NCBI GenBank assembly: GCA_963934795.1
Contig: CAWWAF010000003.1
Span: forward strand, 2,029-66,028
Source of the DNA: an uncultured bacterium
GTDB taxonomy: Bacteria > Acidobacteriota > Vicinamibacteria > Vicinamibacterales > UBA8438
Length of the DNA: 64,000 nt
Direction: 5' to 3'
The position numbers and the translations under genes were made by a program. The notes under the pieces were generated by a model, which was not told where the DNA came from, ran no database searches, and worked only from the letters and a program-made list of their open reading frames with translations. Shown here piece by piece: positions 8,115-16,990 of the stretch. Positions within the stretch are counted from its first letter, which is position 1; every line of letters begins with the position of its first letter.

Positions 8115-9671
8115 TCACGCCATGTCTGGCGGCACCGGTTCTGCGCCCGTCAGCATCTCGTAGAAGTTCTCACGGACGCCCGTCTGACTGGTCAACAGTG
8201 AGACGACCGGTACCACGATGAGCGGGATAAAGAACGTCAGATACGATGGGTCAATGCCCTGACCGTCGACCGTCAGCGCGTAGGCCAGGGTGCGCCAGGC
8301 GAGGCCGGCATCCGGTGCCGCTGCGAACCCCGTCGCAAGCGCAATTTTGATCAGAGCGAACCAGATCAGGCCTGATCCGTAGCCGATGGCCATACCCCAG
8401 TACGCGCCTGGTTCGGTGGTACGCCGCCAGTACACGAGATAGCCGAGCGACACGGCGGGCGGCACCACCATGGCGAACCCGAACAGCAACAGGTCGAGAA
8501 TCGAGATGGTGGTATAGGTCGCGACCAGCCACGCCGCGATCGCGGCCGCGAAGGCATACACCGTGGTCGTGATCCGATAGGCCTTCAGACGTTGTTCCGA
8601 ACTGTAGCGTCTGGTGAAGGGGAGCCAGTCGCGGACAAACATGGTGGCGCTTGAGAGCAAAATGGGCCCGCCCGAGGAAATGACCGCGGCCAGGACCGCC
8701 GCAAGCGCAATGCCGCCGACGACCGGACTGATTTCCGAGGCGAGCGTCGTCAGGTTCCGGTAGCCGCCAATCCCGGTGTCCAGCCCGTAGCGAGCGGTCG
8801 TGAGAATACCGATCACGCCAGCCAGCATCGGCATGACCCCGGCGATGAGGCCGGCAAGGAGAAACGCGGGAGCAATGTGCCGTTCGCTTCTGGCGGCGGT
8901 CGAGTAGTTCGTGTAGACCGACGCGGCCGGCGTGTGCACCGCCGCGGCGAAGAACATCCCGAAGACCGGAAGCCAGCCGGCCCCTGCGAATCCCCACCAG
9001 GCGCCGGTGTCGCGCGAGGCCGCGACCAGGTGTTCGTCAACAGTGGCGGTCACGGCCGTCCATCCACCGAGCTGGTCGACGCCCATCACGCCGACAGCGA
9101 TCAACCCGATGAGCACGACCGAGCAATGGATCAAATTGGTGACCGCAGTACCCCAGAGGCCACCAAGCGACACATACGTGGCGAAGATGCAGGCTGCCAC
9201 CATGACACCACCGAACATGGGGAGCGGAGTCAGGGTGCTCAGGATGACGCCGATGACGTACGCCTCGATCAAATTCACGATGGCGTATTCGGTCTGGACA
9301 CAGAGGCTGGTCAGCCACTGGCAGCGGCGGTTCTTGAAACGGATCGTGAAGAGTTCTCCGACGGTGCGCAGTTTGAAGCGGCGGAAGTAGATGCAGAAGA
9401 ACAGACCGACGATGGCCAGCGCCAGGAAGGCGTTGATCCCGTACCACCACAGGTTCCAGACGCCGCCACTGATGACATCGCCCGCGACGCCATAGGTGCC
9501 AGCTCCGCCAATGCGGGTGCCGGCTATACCGACGGCGACCAAGCTGGTCGACATCCCACCGCCAGCCACTGCCCAGCCGGTCGAGTCGCTGGTGCGACGC
9601 GCCATCAGGCTGCCGGCGGCGGTGGCCGCAACCAGATAGACGACGATGGTGGTCAGCGCGATGGCATCCAT
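8115..9671 (-). CDS. sodium:solute symporter (SSS) family transporter
   Basis: 518 aa with about 13 predicted TM helices. The N-terminal pattern ...AGSLMARRTSDSTGWAVAGGGMS... is typical of SSS family members. Confidence 0.85.
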   Translation of the reverse strand: MDAIALTTIVVYLVAATAAGSLMARRTSDSTGWAVAGGGMSTSLVAVGIAGTRIGGAGTYGVAGDVISGGVWNLWWYGINAFLALAIVGLFFCIYFRRFKLRTVGELFTIRFKNRRCQWLTSLCVQTEYAIVNLIEAYVIGVILSTLTPLPMFGGVMVAACIFATYVSLGGLWGTAVTNLIHCSVVLIGLIAVGVMGVDQLGGWTAVTATVDEHLVAASRDTGAWWGFAGAGWLPVFGMFFAAAVHTPAASVYTNYSTAARSERHIAPAFLLAGLIAGVMPMLAGVIGILTTARYGLDTGIGGYRNLTTLASEISPVVGGIALAAVLAAVISSGGPILLSSATMFVRDWLPFTRRYSSEQRLKAYRITTTVYAFAAAIAAWLVATYTTISILDLLLFGFAMVVPPAVSLGYLVYWRRTTEPGAYWGMAIGYGSGLIWFALIKIALATGFAAAPDAGLAWRTLAYALTVDGQGIDPSYLTFFIPLIVVPVVSLLTSQTGVRENFYEMLTGAEPVPPDMA

Positions 9672-9717
9672 ACGGATGACTCGGAGTCGGCCCCGGACGT
9701 GGAGAGAATCAGTGTCG

Positions 9718-10257
9718 CTACGAATGTGACGTGAGCGCGTTGAGGATCGCGTCGATCGCCAGCTGCGCCTTTACCCGCATCTCATCGTCGGTTGAACCCT
9801 GAATCGGGTGTGGTACGAAGACCGAGTTGGTGGCCATGTCCGGGATCCCGAGCGCTTCCGCTTGGGTCTTGGCCGCGTGCACGAACTCCGTCGACGCCAC
9901 CATGACCGACGGAATACCGCGCATCTCGTAGTCCACCAGGTCGTGCACACTGCACGACGTGCAGGACCCTCAATCGGCGAGCGCCTGGATGACGGCCTGG
10001 CAGCGACTGCTGACTTCGTCGCGAAGATCTGGCGGCGACGGTTTGGTATAGGTCGGCTTCCTCAGCCGGAGCACCTGAAGCGCCGGAAGCCGTTCTCGTA
10101 TGAGGCGCTCGAGCTCGTCGAGAAAGACGTCCCCGCGCGGTTTCGCGATGTCGACGATGCCAATCGTGCCCGTCAACTGGTCAGGGCGGTCGGCTAGCTG
10201 GCGCCTGATGACCGTGCGTTCGTCGGTCGGGTCAAGAATGACCAGCGGCTCGTGCAT
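9718..10257 (-). CDS. UGA-recoded selenoprotein, UxxCxxC (UGSC-type), copy B, about 179 aa
   Basis: ATG at 10257 is preceded by AAGGAAG. In-frame TGA at 9970..9972. Read-through gives ...CQAVIQALAD-U-GSCTSCSVHDLVDYEMRGIP..., the same frame as ORF 9718..9948. Same hairpin and motif as copy A. Confidence 0.75.
9940..9958 (-). promoter_or_regulatory. putative bacterial SECIS hairpin (copy B)
   Basis: GUCGUGCA-GUG-UGCACGAC forms an 8-bp stem. The stem starts at the 12th nt after UGA and the apical loop lies about 20 nt after UGA. Confidence 0.6.
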
Positions 10258-10310
10258 AGGATATCTTCCTTTCTTGAATCGGACTGTCGCTGACTGTATC
10301 ACCAGGGCTG

Positions 10311-11948
10311 CTAGGGCCGGATCTCGCGGGTGACGGCCATAGACCCGGCCGCGCCGTTCGCCCATCCTCCCAGAAAGGCTGAAAACTTGCCGGTGGTGCC
10401 GCCCGCCACCATGACGAGGATGTCCGTGTCTTGTTGGAACTTCGACAGGGGCGTGTCCAGGCCTTCGGCGGTCGGCTGTCCGTCCGGACCGAGTAGGGCG
10501 TTGGGCACTGCGCGCATGGTCATGCCTTTCTGGCAATCGGCATCCGGGAGCAGCTCGCGCAGCGGCCGTGCGGTGGCTTCCTGTATTCGGGCACGGAGAT
10601 CCGCCTTGGTGTACCCGTCGCGCTCGAAAATTTGGATATGTTCGGGGCTGACTACGAGCAGCGCTTCTCCCACGTGAGCCAGCTTCGGATGCGCCATGGA
10701 CTGAAGGCACATTCCCATGCTCGCGCCGAGTGAGGGTGCAGTTCGGGAGAGCTGGTCGCGAATCGCTCTGGGCGCTTCGCCGGCGAACACGGTGACCGTG
10801 CTGACGTCGGCCGCGAAGCCACGCTCAACATGGAACGGCTCCCAGCAACTGGCCTCCTCAAGCTCGCCCACGCAGCAGGTGAACTTGCCGGGTTGTCCGA
10901 GCGTCGACATGTCAACGCCGCCTGGTTTTCCGCCGCCGATGTTGCGGACCACGAGCTGCAGGGCGCGTCCAATCGTGGCGTTGGCGCGGAAGCCCTGCCC
11001 GAAGAGGTTGGGGCCGCAGTTGAGGTCGATGGCTCGTCGAATTGGACCATTGACGACAATGACCGGTGCCACAAAGTAGGTCGTGGCCAGCACGCCGTGA
11101 AGATTGAACTGGTCCGTGCAGGCGGCCTCGGTCGCCGCAATCACGACCGGCAGATAGTCCGGACGGCACCCCGCCATGACGGCGTTGATGGCGATTTTCT
11201 CGACCGTGGCTGGGGCGAGGTTCGGGGGGACGTGCGCCACGACGTCAGAGGCGGCGCGTTCGGTGCCCTCGAGCATGCGCAGCACCCGCGCCTCGGTCGG
11301 GGGTACCACCGGCAGCCCGTCGTCGAGTCCCTGCGCCGACAGGAAGTCGAACGGGTCGTTGTCAATCGGCACCTGCACGCGCCTGGCGCCGAGCGTTGCG
11401 GCGCCTCGGCGGACGGCCAGGTGTCGGGCCATGTCTGGGTCATGGACCTTCGAGCCGCAACCGGGGCGATGCTCCGGTAGTCCGTCACCGTCGTGCACGA
11501 GACGTGGCACGGCGGCACCGCACGCCGCCGCGGCCCGCTCGGTGAGCGTCAGGAGATCTGGTCGAGTAAATCCCTCGAAGCTGGCGAGTACCGCGCGGTC
11601 AGGGTCGACGAGGACCAGCGCCGGGACGGCGTCGAATCCGTAGTCGGCTGACACTTCAAGGTCGCCATCGAGCGCGACGGCAAAGGATAGGTGGTGACGG
11701 GCGACGACGTCGGACGTGTAGGCGACCGCGTCTTGGGAAATACCGACGACGCGAAGCCCTTCGTCGGAGAGCGCGGTGTGTAAGCGCTCCACGAGTGGGA
11801 GCGTGAGATCACAGGTTGCACAGTCGTGCTTGAAGAAGACCAGTAACGTGGGAACGGCATCACCGCCCCCGAATGCTACGACCTGGTTGTTACCCGTGGA
11901 TAGCGAGAACGCGGGCGCCATCGCGCCCAGAGCTGGTAGTTCTGACAT
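10311..11948 (-). CDS. fusion protein: N-terminal thioredoxin-fold (TlpA/redoxin-like, CxxC) domain plus selenoprotein-partner domain (copy B)
   Basis: The N-terminal about 150 aa read APAFSL...LLVFFKHDCATCDLTLPLVERL...VVGISQD...AVPALVLVD, a redoxin-like pattern with CATC. The remainder is homologous to 1915..3018. The ATG at 11948 is preferred over the GTG at 11987. Confidence 0.65.
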   Translation of the reverse strand: MSELPALGAMAPAFSLSTGNNQVVAFGGGDAVPTLLVFFKHDCATCDLTLPLVERLHTALSDEGLRVVGISQDAVAYTSDVVARHHLSFAVALDGDLEVSADYGFDAVPALVLVDPDRAVLASFEGFTRPDLLTLTERAAAACGAAVPRLVHDGDGLPEHRPGCGSKVHDPDMARHLAVRRGAATLGARRVQVPIDNDPFDFLSAQGLDDGLPVVPPTEARVLRMLEGTERAASDVVAHVPPNLAPATVEKIAINAVMAGCRPDYLPVVIAATEAACTDQFNLHGVLATTYFVAPVIVVNGPIRRAIDLNCGPNLFGQGFRANATIGRALQLVVRNIGGGKPGGVDMSTLGQPGKFTCCVGELEEASCWEPFHVERGFAADVSTVTVFAGEAPRAIRDQLSRTAPSLGASMGMCLQSMAHPKLAHVGEALLVVSPEHIQIFERDGYTKADLRARIQEATARPLRELLPDADCQKGMTMRAVPNALLGPDGQPTAEGLDTPLSKFQQDTDILVMVAGGTTGKFSAFLGGWANGAAGSMAVTREIRP

Positions 11949-12013
11949 CGCGTCGCATTGTGGCAGCTTTCGGGCCGCGAGCGCCACTCAACGCCAGCGT
12001 CACGTGTCCGGTG

Positions 12014-12934
12014 CTACTGTGGCGGTACTCGCCGATCCGCGAACAGCTGCATCGTGTAGTCTGGTCCTACAATTCCGGCTCCGATCTGCGCGCCCGGCGT
12101 ATCGCCTGGTCGCTCGTACTCGATTCGGTAGCGACTCGACATCGCGTTGAAGTGCTCGCCCATCCGTGTGGCGAACTCGGCCAGCGTCTCAACCAGCGCG
12201 GTCGCCGAGTTGATCGATCGGTGGAGCCCCCCGGTGGCCTGTGAGACGATCCGGGAAATCTGACTCTGTACAGACCCGAGTTGGTTCTCCAGTATCACGG
12301 TGTGGACCATGGCACCCTTGCTGGTCAGATCCTGGACGAACTCGTTGAACTGATCCGGATTGATGTTCCCGCTGCCCTCAGGAGCGTCGGTGATCACCAT
12401 AAAGATGACCGGCCACGGCTCGTCGCCGTCGAAGCGCCTGTCCCAGGTGTCCGTCAGGCCGTCGACCATCCTCGCGCCGCCGCCACGGTTGAACAGCCCA
12501 TCAGCGGCGTCACGCAGTTCGTCCCGGTCGGTCGTGAAGTCCACCAACGGCAGGATATTGCCGGCGATCGAGTACATCGCCACTTCGTGTTGGGGGGGCA
12601 GTATGTTCAGGAATTCGGTCATCCCGTTGCGCAGGGCGCTGACGCCGTTGCCGATACCTTCGCTGTTGTCCACGAGTATCGCGATCTTCATCGGCGCGGT
12701 GCCTAGCACAGCGGAGACGACCGTCATCGCGACGCCGTCCTCATTGATCTGGAAGTCTTGTGGCGTCAAGCTCATCACCGGTTCGCCCGCTGCGTCCGTG
12801 ACGCTGGCAAAGAGTACGCCGCGGCTCTGCGCGCGCGCGGAGGACGCAACGGCGAGCGTCACGACCACGGCGATGGTCAGGACACCCAGACATCGCGACA
12901 CCGGATGACGATGTGTAGTGTGATGGTTTCTCAT
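12014..12934 (-). CDS. secreted VWA domain protein (acidobacterial VWFA-related type)
   Basis: 306 aa with a signal peptide. Contains KIAILVDNSEGIG (partial MIDAS) and an N-terminal ...DFQINEDGV... segment reminiscent of the VWFA-related Acidobacterial domain. Confidence 0.7.
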   Translation of the reverse strand: MRNHHTTHRHPVSRCLGVLTIAVVVTLAVASSARAQSRGVLFASVTDAAGEPVMSLTPQDFQINEDGVAMTVVSAVLGTAPMKIAILVDNSEGIGNGVSALRNGMTEFLNILPPQHEVAMYSIAGNILPLVDFTTDRDELRDAADGLFNRGGGARMVDGLTDTWDRRFDGDEPWPVIFMVITDAPEGSGNINPDQFNEFVQDLTSKGAMVHTVILENQLGSVQSQISRIVSQATGGLHRSINSATALVETLAEFATRMGEHFNAMSSRYRIEYERPGDTPGAQIGAGIVGPDYTMQLFADRRVPPQ

Positions 12935-13061
12935 CTCTCACTCTCAGACGACAACGACGGTGGCAATGTTTCGTGCTGGCGCCCCCGCGCGCCGGACGGT
13001 GCTCTCGGATGTTACCCCTCGACCGTAGCACGCCATAGCTATCCACTCGTGCCATCAGCTG

Positions 13062-14027
13062 CTAGCGCGTCGTGAGCAGTCCTTCGTAGATGCCGAAGAA
13101 CGTCTCGACGTCGAGATCTAGCATGACATCGAGAGTCGGGGCGGCTGACGGGACACCGACGCGCGTACCGCCGTAGGTGGGTCCGAAGGTGGTTTCAACC
13201 ACGATCGGGAGGCGCTCCGATACGGTGACGATCGTCGGGTCGATCAGCCAGGCCGCGGTGATGCAGTCCCACACCTGATACGTGGCGGCGGGGTTCGCGT
13301 CGAATCGCGGCCCCATGTCGTCGCGCATCAGTCGAGTGAGCGGCGTCTCGACGGCGACGATTCGGTCAAACAGTGGTCTCTGCAGAGGAGCGTGGTTTGT
13401 AATGTCGAGCCCGAACATCACTATCTCGGGTACCGCCGCCGCCAGCACGGCGTGCGCCGCTTCGGGGTCGAACCAGATGTTGAATTCGGCTGCGGGTGTG
13501 ACGTTGCCGGGAACACGGGCATTTCCGCCCATAAAGACGAGGCGTTTGATGAGAGGGGCCAAGTCCGGTCGTCGCTGCAACGCGAGCGCAATGTTCGTCA
13601 TTGGCCCCATGGCAATCAACGTCACCTCATTCGGATACTGCTCGATGGTGTCGATGATGAACGCGACAGCGCCGGTGGTGTTGGGCCGCGCCACAGCGAA
13701 GCGTCCACCGTGTGGGGGGACGAGGGTATCGCTGGCATCAAACGCTCCCTTGAAGGAGACGGGGCCCCACCGGGCCTCCTGGAGGGCGGCCCGGGAGGCA
13801 GAGTTGACCAGCGGCGAGTGGGCGCCGAGGTATAGCGGGATGTTGTCGGCCCCGATGAGTTCGAGCAGATGCAGCATGTGCTCGGCGCCCTGAGGCACCG
13901 GGTAGTTCCCGGCGACGACGGTGACACCAAGGATGTCCACCACGTCCGGTCGCCTGGCCAGCATGGCCAGGGCGGCCGCGTCGTCATTGAACACCGCCGA
14001 GTCAGTGTCGAAGATGATGCGTTCCAC
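13062..14027 (-). CDS. nucleoside hydrolase (IUNH family)
   Basis: 321 aa. The N-terminal Asp cluster IIFDTDSAVFNDDAAALAM is a variant of DxDxxxDD. Family-like length. GTG start. Confidence 0.8.
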   Translation of the reverse strand: MERIIFDTDSAVFNDDAAALAMLARRPDVVDILGVTVVAGNYPVPQGAEHMLHLLELIGADNIPLYLGAHSPLVNSASRAALQEARWGPVSFKGAFDASDTLVPPHGGRFAVARPNTTGAVAFIIDTIEQYPNEVTLIAMGPMTNIALALQRRPDLAPLIKRLVFMGGNARVPGNVTPAAEFNIWFDPEAAHAVLAAAVPEIVMFGLDITNHAPLQRPLFDRIVAVETPLTRLMRDDMGPRFDANPAATYQVWDCITAAWLIDPTIVTVSERLPIVVETTFGPTYGGTRVGVPSAAPTLDVMLDLDVETFFGIYEGLLTTR

Positions 14028-14033
14028 GATGTG

Positions 14034-16070
14034 CTAGGGCAGCGCCAAGGCGATGAGCTCCGGCACGGGGGAGCCGCCTACCGTCAGCGCCACGTATTGC
14101 TTGCCGTCCAGCAGATACGTCATCGGCGTGCCGATGGCGCCGCGCGGAAGGTCGACCGAGGCGAGTGGCTCGCCGGTGGCCTTGTTGATTGCCAGGAGGC
14201 GTGGACCGCCGTCACTGCCTCCCGTCGTGAGCGCATACATGAGCAGCGTCTTGGTCACCAACGGTCCGCTCCGGCTCCCATCACCTCCAACGGGTGGCAG
14301 GTTGAGGTCCCGGAGCATCGGATGATTGCGCACCCGATCGCCGTCGCCCAGCGGCTGCATCCAGGTGTGGTCGCCGGTATTGAGATTGATGGCGGTCATT
14401 CGGGAGTAGGGCGGCTTGAAGAGAGGAAGCCCCTGCGGCATCGTCACCTGACGGGCATATTCTCCTCGTCCTTCGATGACGGCGAGCGTGGCGTCCTCGC
14501 CCGGTTGTGGCTCGCGATAGCGGCGAAGACTGAACGCGTTGGACGATGGCACGTAAAGCAGACCGGTCTCCGGGTCGACGCCCGCACCTGACCAGTTCGC
14601 GCCACCCCCAGAGCTGGGTCGCTGGATGGTGCCGCTCAGACTCTGTGGCGTAAAGAGCGGCCCGAGGCGGAATCCCTCGACAGCGTCGATCGCCATCTGT
14701 CTGATCTCGGGAGTGAAATCGACCAGGTCCTCGATGGTAGCGCCCTGATACTCGAATGGCGCCGGGCGTGTGGGGAACGGCTGCGTCGGCCAGACTTGCT
14801 CACCGGGGATGTCGGTGTCCGTTGGCACCGCGCGTTCTTCGATCGGCCAGACCGGTTCGCCGGTGACTCGATCGAAGACGTACACAAACCCTTGCTTACT
14901 GATCTGCGCGAGCGCCTTGATGGGGCGGCCGTCGACTTCAATGTCAACCAGGTTCGGTGCGGCCGGAAAGTCGTAGTCCCAGAGGCCGTGGTGCACCGCC
15001 TGGAAGTGCCACTCGCGCTCCCCGGTCTCAATGTTCAGCGCAATCACGCTCTCCGCGAACAGGTTCGCGCCGGGTCGGTGCCCACCGTAGTAGTCGGGGG
15101 CCGGTGTATTGGTGGGGAGATAGAGGAGGCCCAGGTCCTCGTCGGCGCTCATCAGCGACCATACCCCGACCTTGCCGGTGACTCGCCATGAGTCGCCGCC
15201 CCACGTGTCATTGCCGAACTCATCGCCCTGGGGAATCGTGTGAAACGTCCACTTCGTGCTTCCCGAGTGCACGTCAAAGCCGCGCATCCAGCCGGGGGGC
15301 GCCTCGCGCGTGATGTTGTATGACGAGATGGAACTGGGCGTGATTACCGTGTCGCCGACCACGATCGGCGGTGACTGTACGGAGTAGAGCAGCGCATTGA
15401 GCCAGTCCCGATTTTCGCGATCCGCCCGCGGGAGGTCCCGCACCAAGTCGAGCCGCCCATTCTCGCCAAAGTCGAGGCAGGGGCGGCCGGTCGCCGCGTC
15501 GACGCAGATGAGGTACCCGTTTCCGGTGCCCCAATACACCCGCTCGGACTCACCGTCGCTCCAATACGCCACGCCCCGTTGGTTCCAGCGGGCGCTCATG
15601 GTGGTGGTACCGGCTTCGTACGTCTTGGGGTTGTACACCCAGAGCGTGTCGCCCGTCCTGGCGTCGATGGCCGCGCCGGCCGACGTCGGCATGTTGATAA
15701 ACATCCGCCCATTGGCCATCAGCGGTGTCGCCTTGAGGTTGTTCGTATATGGCGGTTGGCCGTCGCGCCACCGATTGGGGTCCGCCTGGTTCAGGGCCTC
15801 GAAGATCACGTCTGACGGCGCCGACCACTCGCCACCGTCCGGCGTGGTGAGACTCATCACGGCGTCAGAGGATTGCCAGCGCCAGGCAATCTCAAGGTCG
15901 GCGAAGTTTGACGCGTCAATCTGGTCAAGCGGCGAGTATTTGGTGCCGCCCAGGTCGCCTCCATAGGTCCGCCACTCACCAGTGGCTGGTGCGCCCTGTT
16001 GCGCGGCGGCGGGGGTCGTGGCTGCCAAGGCGACAGCTGCGACTCCGCAAAATCGAGTCCATGTGCTCAT
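14034..16070 (-). CDS. periplasmic PQQ-dependent dehydrogenase, paralogue of 3533..5449
   Basis: The start at the internal ATG 16070 is preceded by GGAGAG. A signal peptide is followed by GEWRTYGGDLGGTKYSPLDQIDASNFADLEIAWRW. Colinear with the other copy. Confidence 0.85.
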   Translation of the reverse strand: MSTWTRFCGVAAVALAATTPAAAQQGAPATGEWRTYGGDLGGTKYSPLDQIDASNFADLEIAWRWQSSDAVMSLTTPDGGEWSAPSDVIFEALNQADPNRWRDGQPPYTNNLKATPLMANGRMFINMPTSAGAAIDARTGDTLWVYNPKTYEAGTTTMSARWNQRGVAYWSDGESERVYWGTGNGYLICVDAATGRPCLDFGENGRLDLVRDLPRADRENRDWLNALLYSVQSPPIVVGDTVITPSSISSYNITREAPPGWMRGFDVHSGSTKWTFHTIPQGDEFGNDTWGGDSWRVTGKVGVWSLMSADEDLGLLYLPTNTPAPDYYGGHRPGANLFAESVIALNIETGEREWHFQAVHHGLWDYDFPAAPNLVDIEVDGRPIKALAQISKQGFVYVFDRVTGEPVWPIEERAVPTDTDIPGEQVWPTQPFPTRPAPFEYQGATIEDLVDFTPEIRQMAIDAVEGFRLGPLFTPQSLSGTIQRPSSGGGANWSGAGVDPETGLLYVPSSNAFSLRRYREPQPGEDATLAVIEGRGEYARQVTMPQGLPLFKPPYSRMTAINLNTGDHTWMQPLGDGDRVRNHPMLRDLNLPPVGGDGSRSGPLVTKTLLMYALTTGGSDGGPRLLAINKATGEPLASVDLPRGAIGTPMTYLLDGKQYVALTVGGSPVPELIALALP

Positions 16071-16237
16071 CGGGTCTCTCCTCGCAAAGACGTGTCTCGC
16101 ACTGCTACCCAGATGGTGACGGGTACGGCGCCATGATACCCGACTGTCATCGCCGGCCGAGGCCAACGGCGTCTGTGGGCGCCGGCCGCGTAGGCGGTCT
16201 TTTTCGATGACGAACGACGGGTTAGAATGTCGGCACC

Positions 16238-16990
16238 GTGACCGCGATGACCAGCGTGACCCGAGGCGTCAGCCGGACTCTACGGCTTGGGGGCTACGCG
16301 CTCTGTGTGGGTGGCGGGCTCCTACTGCTGACGGCGTCACCAGAGGGGCGCGCCGGTCAGGCGATTGAGCGCCTGCCTCCCGAGACGTTTCACTGGGTGC
16401 TCCCGGCCCAGTATCCCGAGGTCGAGGTGACCGAACTGCATCCAGGCGATTGCTACGTGATCCAGCAGGTCGATGGCATGGTGTACTTCGGCGACCCCCT
16501 CCCGGACACGCTCGAACTGCAGCGCGCACTCGGCGGACCGCGCGCGCACCGCGTAGAGTCAACCGAGGAGCATCCTGCGTGCGGACTCGTCGGATGTCTT
16601 GACATCGTGCGACTCACCGAGGCCATCACAACCCGGTTGGTCGAGTCTGGACAGGCGCGCGGCAGACGCCTGGCCCATCACCTGCCCTCGCCCATTGACG
16701 GCATGCGTGGCGGCGCCTACTCCGACGTTGGGTCATCGGACCGCTCGCGATACCGGCAGGCGCCGGAGCAGCGAATGGCCCATCGGCATCTACGAACAGC
16801 GTCGCGTGACAACTGCTATGAGGCGGAGGTCCCGCGCTCGCTCACGGTCCACATCCGCGATAGTGGCCAGGGACGCGACCGCACCGGGGTCTATAGCGGC
16901 TATCTGTATCTCGAACATCATCACCCGGCGCCGCACGGCGTCGTCGTGCAGAATCGTCTGCGTAGCCCCAGAGAAGGAACCACGTCATGA
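16238..16990 (+). CDS. hypothetical protein with N-terminal TM segment
   Basis: This is the only long ORF in the interval. Its TGA overlaps the ATG of the downstream MBL gene (ATGA), which suggests translational coupling. I recognise no family. Confidence 0.4.
   Translation: MTAMTSVTRGVSRTLRLGGYALCVGGGLLLLTASPEGRAGQAIERLPPETFHWVLPAQYPEVEVTELHPGDCYVIQQVDGMVYFGDPLPDTLELQRALGGPRAHRVESTEEHPACGLVGCLDIVRLTEAITTRLVESGQARGRRLAHHLPSPIDGMRGGAYSDVGSSDRSRYRQAPEQRMAHRHLRTASRDNCYEAEVPRSLTVHIRDSGQGRDRTGVYSGYLYLEHHHPAPHGVVVQNRLRSPREGTTS

Noticed and set aside
7035-8201. 388-aa ORF on the plus strand, antisense to the FadB-like gene
   Set aside because: Ala/Ser/Arg/Pro-rich shadow ORF with no motifs. The opposite-strand gene has clear crotonase and 3HCDH signatures.
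10258-10710. Arg/Pro-rich N-terminal 151 aa of ORF 9970..10710
   Set aside because: It overlaps the 3' end of the partner gene (10311..11948) in another frame. A good RBS and ATG at 10257 give a protein matching the length of copy A.
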